64,000 nt of DNA, taken from positions 1,291,960-1,355,959 of the forward strand of contig NW_003314262.1 in assembly GCF_000143415.4 (NCBI RefSeq). Direction: 5' to 3'. Of this stretch, positions 60,754 through 64,000 are shown in pieces. Under the pieces are notes generated by a model that was not told the origin of the DNA, made no database searches, and saw only the letters and a program-made list of their open reading frames with translations. The stretch is from Selaginella moellendorffii. Taxonomy: Eukaryota; Plantae; Lycopodiophyta. How positions within the stretch are numbered: position 1 is the stretch's first letter; each line of letters opens with the position of its first letter. The position numbers were made by a program, and so were the translations under genes.

Positions 60754-62592
60754 TGTGAGGTCTAAGTGTACGGCTACAATATTGTATATTAATATTAGCA
60801 TAGTGAGATTTTGATAGCTGTCGGATTGATTTCAATCTAAACCACTCACTCCTGTATATAAGCTAGGGTTTTTGGGTTAATTGATATATACATTTTTTGT
60901 ATTCCCTTTCTATATTCCATACACTCATATTAATGGAGATGAGGGGCATTTTTTATTGTCCCTCAAAAGTGCTTAGATTTGGGATTTTATTTAAATCTAA
61001 CTTTTGCATAATTTAAATCTAATTTTTCCCATTTCCTTTCTTTTGTTCTTTCCTTTCAGGATTTTGGTTTAGATTTAGCTTTTGTATTGTTTAAATCTCC
61101 CTTTCTTTTTAACTTTTTTCATTTATCTTCTTTTGCTCTTTATTTTTCATTCCATCTTCATTGTAGAGCAATAGTCTCTTGCTCCCTTGACTTTAGAGTA
61201 GTAGTTGGTGCAATTGCTCAATACTATGTAATTGCAATTGAACAACCAATTCAGTTGATGGTGGCAATCATGACACATGGTATAACTCCTCCTGCTCTTG
61301 GTGTCAATCTTTATGTTTAGCCAAAGTTCTTTTGTGAAATCCTAAGGATGGTGTGTACTATTGATTTGATCACTTCACAATGATTGCCATATATCATTCT
61401 TGGGATGATGCTTAATATTTTCATGAGTTTTCACATATCTCCAAGGGACACCATTGTAGTGGTACAATGGTTTGAGTATAACCACTTGTGAGGATTGAAA
61501 GATTCATTTGGATGTTTTCAAATGTGCATTCGAACATGCTGACAATTGTGATAATGCCTTTCAACAATTGCATCATTTTCATCAAAATCCATCTGAGTCG
61601 GTGATACAATTTGGCATTTGTTTCCGAAGTCTTTTGCTTTGTTCGGAGTTAAATATATCAGAGTGGATCAAGTTAAAAATGTTGTGGCCAGTACTTTATC
61701 AACATCTTGTAGGATTTGTGCATAAACTTTTTTCAACCACCTTTGATAATGCCCTTTGTTTGGCACAACGTTATGAGACGTCACTTCTTCCACTTCTAGT
61801 TGCACATCCTTTAGCTCCACTTTTTGTGGGAGATGGTCCTGTTTCAATGGAGGTTGATGTTGTTGTTCCTTGAGTTTAACTTTTATTGCTCAACCTGTTA
61901 CCACACATTACCTTTTATATTTGTGTTATGCAGTAGAGTTAATTTTCATTCTTTATAGCAATAGCCATACACATGCATGTGCACGGGATGAAGTAAACTT
62001 TGTTGTGCGTGTGGGCAATCCTAAGCTTGCATTGCAGTCATTGTGGGTGGTGCTGAGTCAAACTTTTGACCTCATTTTTGGCATGGATTAATTACAACAC
62101 AATCATGCGAAGTGTGACTTTGAGGTTTTTTCCTCTTGTCTCATACTTCTTTATATTTCATTCATTCTTTTCATTTCTGTACCTCTTCGTCCCTTTATTT
62201 CTACCTTTGCTTCCATTACTTTTTTCTTCCCATTACTTCTTTTTATGTTTCTGTCTTGTTTTGCTCTTTCATCTTCCGATCCCTCCAATGGTCTTTGTGT
62301 TGCAATGGTTGACTGGCTTATGGAGTATGTTGATCTCTTTAAATTTGACTTATCGTCTGGAGCCAAGATTTGCCACATGCAATCCGATTCCAATTGAGGA
62401 TGCTCGTCCAATCACCCAAAGAGATCAAAATTCTACAAACAAATGTTAAGGAGATGTTGGAAAAGGGTGTTATTCGAAAGTCGCGGAGTCCTTGGGCATG
62501 TGAACCTCATCTTGTAATGAAGCCTAATAAGAGTATTTATTTTTACATTGACTATCGTCCATTAAACGAAGTGACGATCCTAGACATGTACC
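60754..62592 (+). mobile_element. Degenerate Ty3/gypsy LTR retrotransposon (5' LTR, PBS, gag, RT start)
   Basis: Probable LTR 60754-60929 (TGTGAG...CTCATA), then a degenerate tRNA-Ala-type PBS (tggagatgagggg). gag PVSMEVD motif; RT MLEKGVIRKSRSPWA...IDYRPLNEVT is cut at 62592. Confidence 0.75.
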
Positions 62593-64000
62593 TGTAAGCG
62601 ACTAATTTTTCCATTTTACTTTAGTCACTTAACTGCACCTCCAACCATTTGGAAGAGTCTCATTCACAACCTCCATAAGTCCCAATTAGGACTTGGGGTT
62701 TGCTAGCCCTGAGAATGGCATTCATGCCACTCAACCTTTGCACTTGGTCCAAGTGCACCACATGTCCAATCCCATAACTGACACCTCAAGGTACCACCAA
62801 TATATCGGCCCATTAGGCTAAGGCGATGCCCATTCACCTTGGCCACACCGGTGGTTTAACGCCACCTGCATCATAGTCCTATCTCTCAAAAACTGGACCA
62901 TCCGTCCGTGAGTGATCATCCCAGATCTATTCTTTAGCATCCTTAGATGCCCGCAAACAAAGGGAATACCCCTCATCGACAACTCTTTTCCAGTCCCCAC
63001 CAAGTCCCTTTTTATCCATGGCCGTGTTTGCCAACACTGCCACTAGATCAAGGCCCGCAAGCTCGACCTCTAAGTCCCACAATCCTTTGGGACTTCCTCA
63101 CCATGCGATCATATCCTTGGTCACTACGCTAAAGGACTGCTCTTCTTCCCTTTCACCATTTGGGACTTTGGGATAACATTTTGGAACACCGTGGCCTTAC
63201 GCAAGCCTTATGGGTACTCTCTTTGCCTTTCGCCTTTAGATGCTCTAGCCATGGGCTTAGAGCGAGGTTCCGTTGAGCCACGCTAGGTAATCCAAGTAAG
63301 TAGTGCCACCCACACTTGGACTGAGAGCATCGGCCAGTTGATCTCTCGAGGGAACTAGAGCCGGCTCTTGAATACTTCACTAAGCTAGCCCGCTTGTCGA
63401 TCCGTGTTCACTCTAATCTTGGACTTCCCAGTGGGCAACTCATCACCCAACACTGAGTACAGCCTTCCTGGGCCAAACTAGCCTTCTTGGGCCAAATTAG
63501 CCTTCCTGGGCCAAACTAGCCTTTCCTGGCCAAATTGGCTCCACTACAGTCCTCCCCCTCACTATACTTTTGCAGCTCACCAAACCCCCCAGGGTCTGGG
63601 AGACGAACGTTTTGGGCTTTCACCCTCTCAGACTCGAACTTGGACTTGGACTCAGACTCGGACTCGGACGTGGACTCGGACTTGGACTTGGACTCGGGCT
63701 CGGGCTCGGTCTTTGCCTCGGCCTCGGTCTCGGTTTCAGTCTTGGTCCTGATCTCGGTCTCGGTCTCGGTCTTGGTCTTGACTTCAGACTCCATCTTGGG
63801 TCTATCTCGAACTCCATCTTGGGTCCATCTCGGACTCCATCTCGGACTCCATCTTGGATCCATCTCGGACTCCATCTCAGACTCCATCTCAGACTCCATC
63901 TCGGGTCCATCTCGGACTCCATCTCAGACTCCATCTCGGGTCCATCTCGGACTCCATCTCGGGTCCATCTCAGACTCCATCTCGGGTCCATCTCAGACTC
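62593..64000 (-). mobile_element. Second LTR retrotransposon nested in the first, opposite orientation (3' LTR 62593-63548)
   Basis: TGTA...TACA termini at 62593 and 63548, with minus-strand PPT GAGGGGGAGGAC immediately inside. It interrupts the RT frame of the host element. Confidence 0.7.
63625..64000. repeat. Tandem repeat array (6-bp GACTCG/GTCTCG units grading into 11/12-bp CTCCATCTCGGA/GTCCATCTCGG units)
   Basis: Directly visible periodicity running off the window end. Confidence 0.9.

Noticed and set aside
63516-63991. ORFs with MESE/PRWS/SPSP repeats
   Set aside because: Translations of a stop-poor tandem repeat inside a retroelement.
63625-64000. Possible CRISPR-like array
   Set aside because: Units are contiguous with no unique spacers, the context is eukaryotic and there are no cas genes.

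Overview
Gene-dense plant nuclear DNA with very short (about 45-70 nt) introns. The microbial-type terpene synthases and the overall gene set point to the lycophyte Selaginella (probably S. moellendorffii; this is an inference). 1-14.9 kb is a tandem triplication of a four- to five-gene block: an orphan TM/11-mer-repeat gene, a BRWD/PHIP WD40-bromodomain gene, a spliced antisense unit, an uncharacterised plant gene and a Rad7-like LRR gene. The redundant copies are shredded by short deletions, an inversion, filler DNA and a hAT-like insertion. It is followed by ATL RING-H2, BRUTUS, two MTPSL terpene-synthase relics, an intronless PP2C, tRNA-Ser(CGA), polyphenol oxidase, a PH-like domain gene, nsLTP, a broken M23 peptidase, a UBE3A-like HECT ligase, a P450 pseudogene, an intact MTPSL, LETM1-like, plastid ACP and a second tRNA-Ser(CGA). 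The right-hand part holds a Crinkler-like P-loop NTPase/restriction-endonuclease/zinc-finger gene, an LTR relic, divergent PARP2-like and HflX genes bracketed by an inverted duplication of a 9-exon PP2C-fold pseudophosphatase not captured by the ORF track, a frameshifted microbial-type 2OG-Fe(II) oxygenase gene, a germin-like gene and nested Ty3/gypsy LTR elements. The best novelty candidates are the NTPase-REase-ZnF gene, the PP2C-fold pseudophosphatase, the microbial-type gene neighbourhood, the zinc-less AZUL HECT ligase and the anticodon-shifted tRNA-Ser pair. Exon structures were read by eye and boundaries of degraded elements are approximate.
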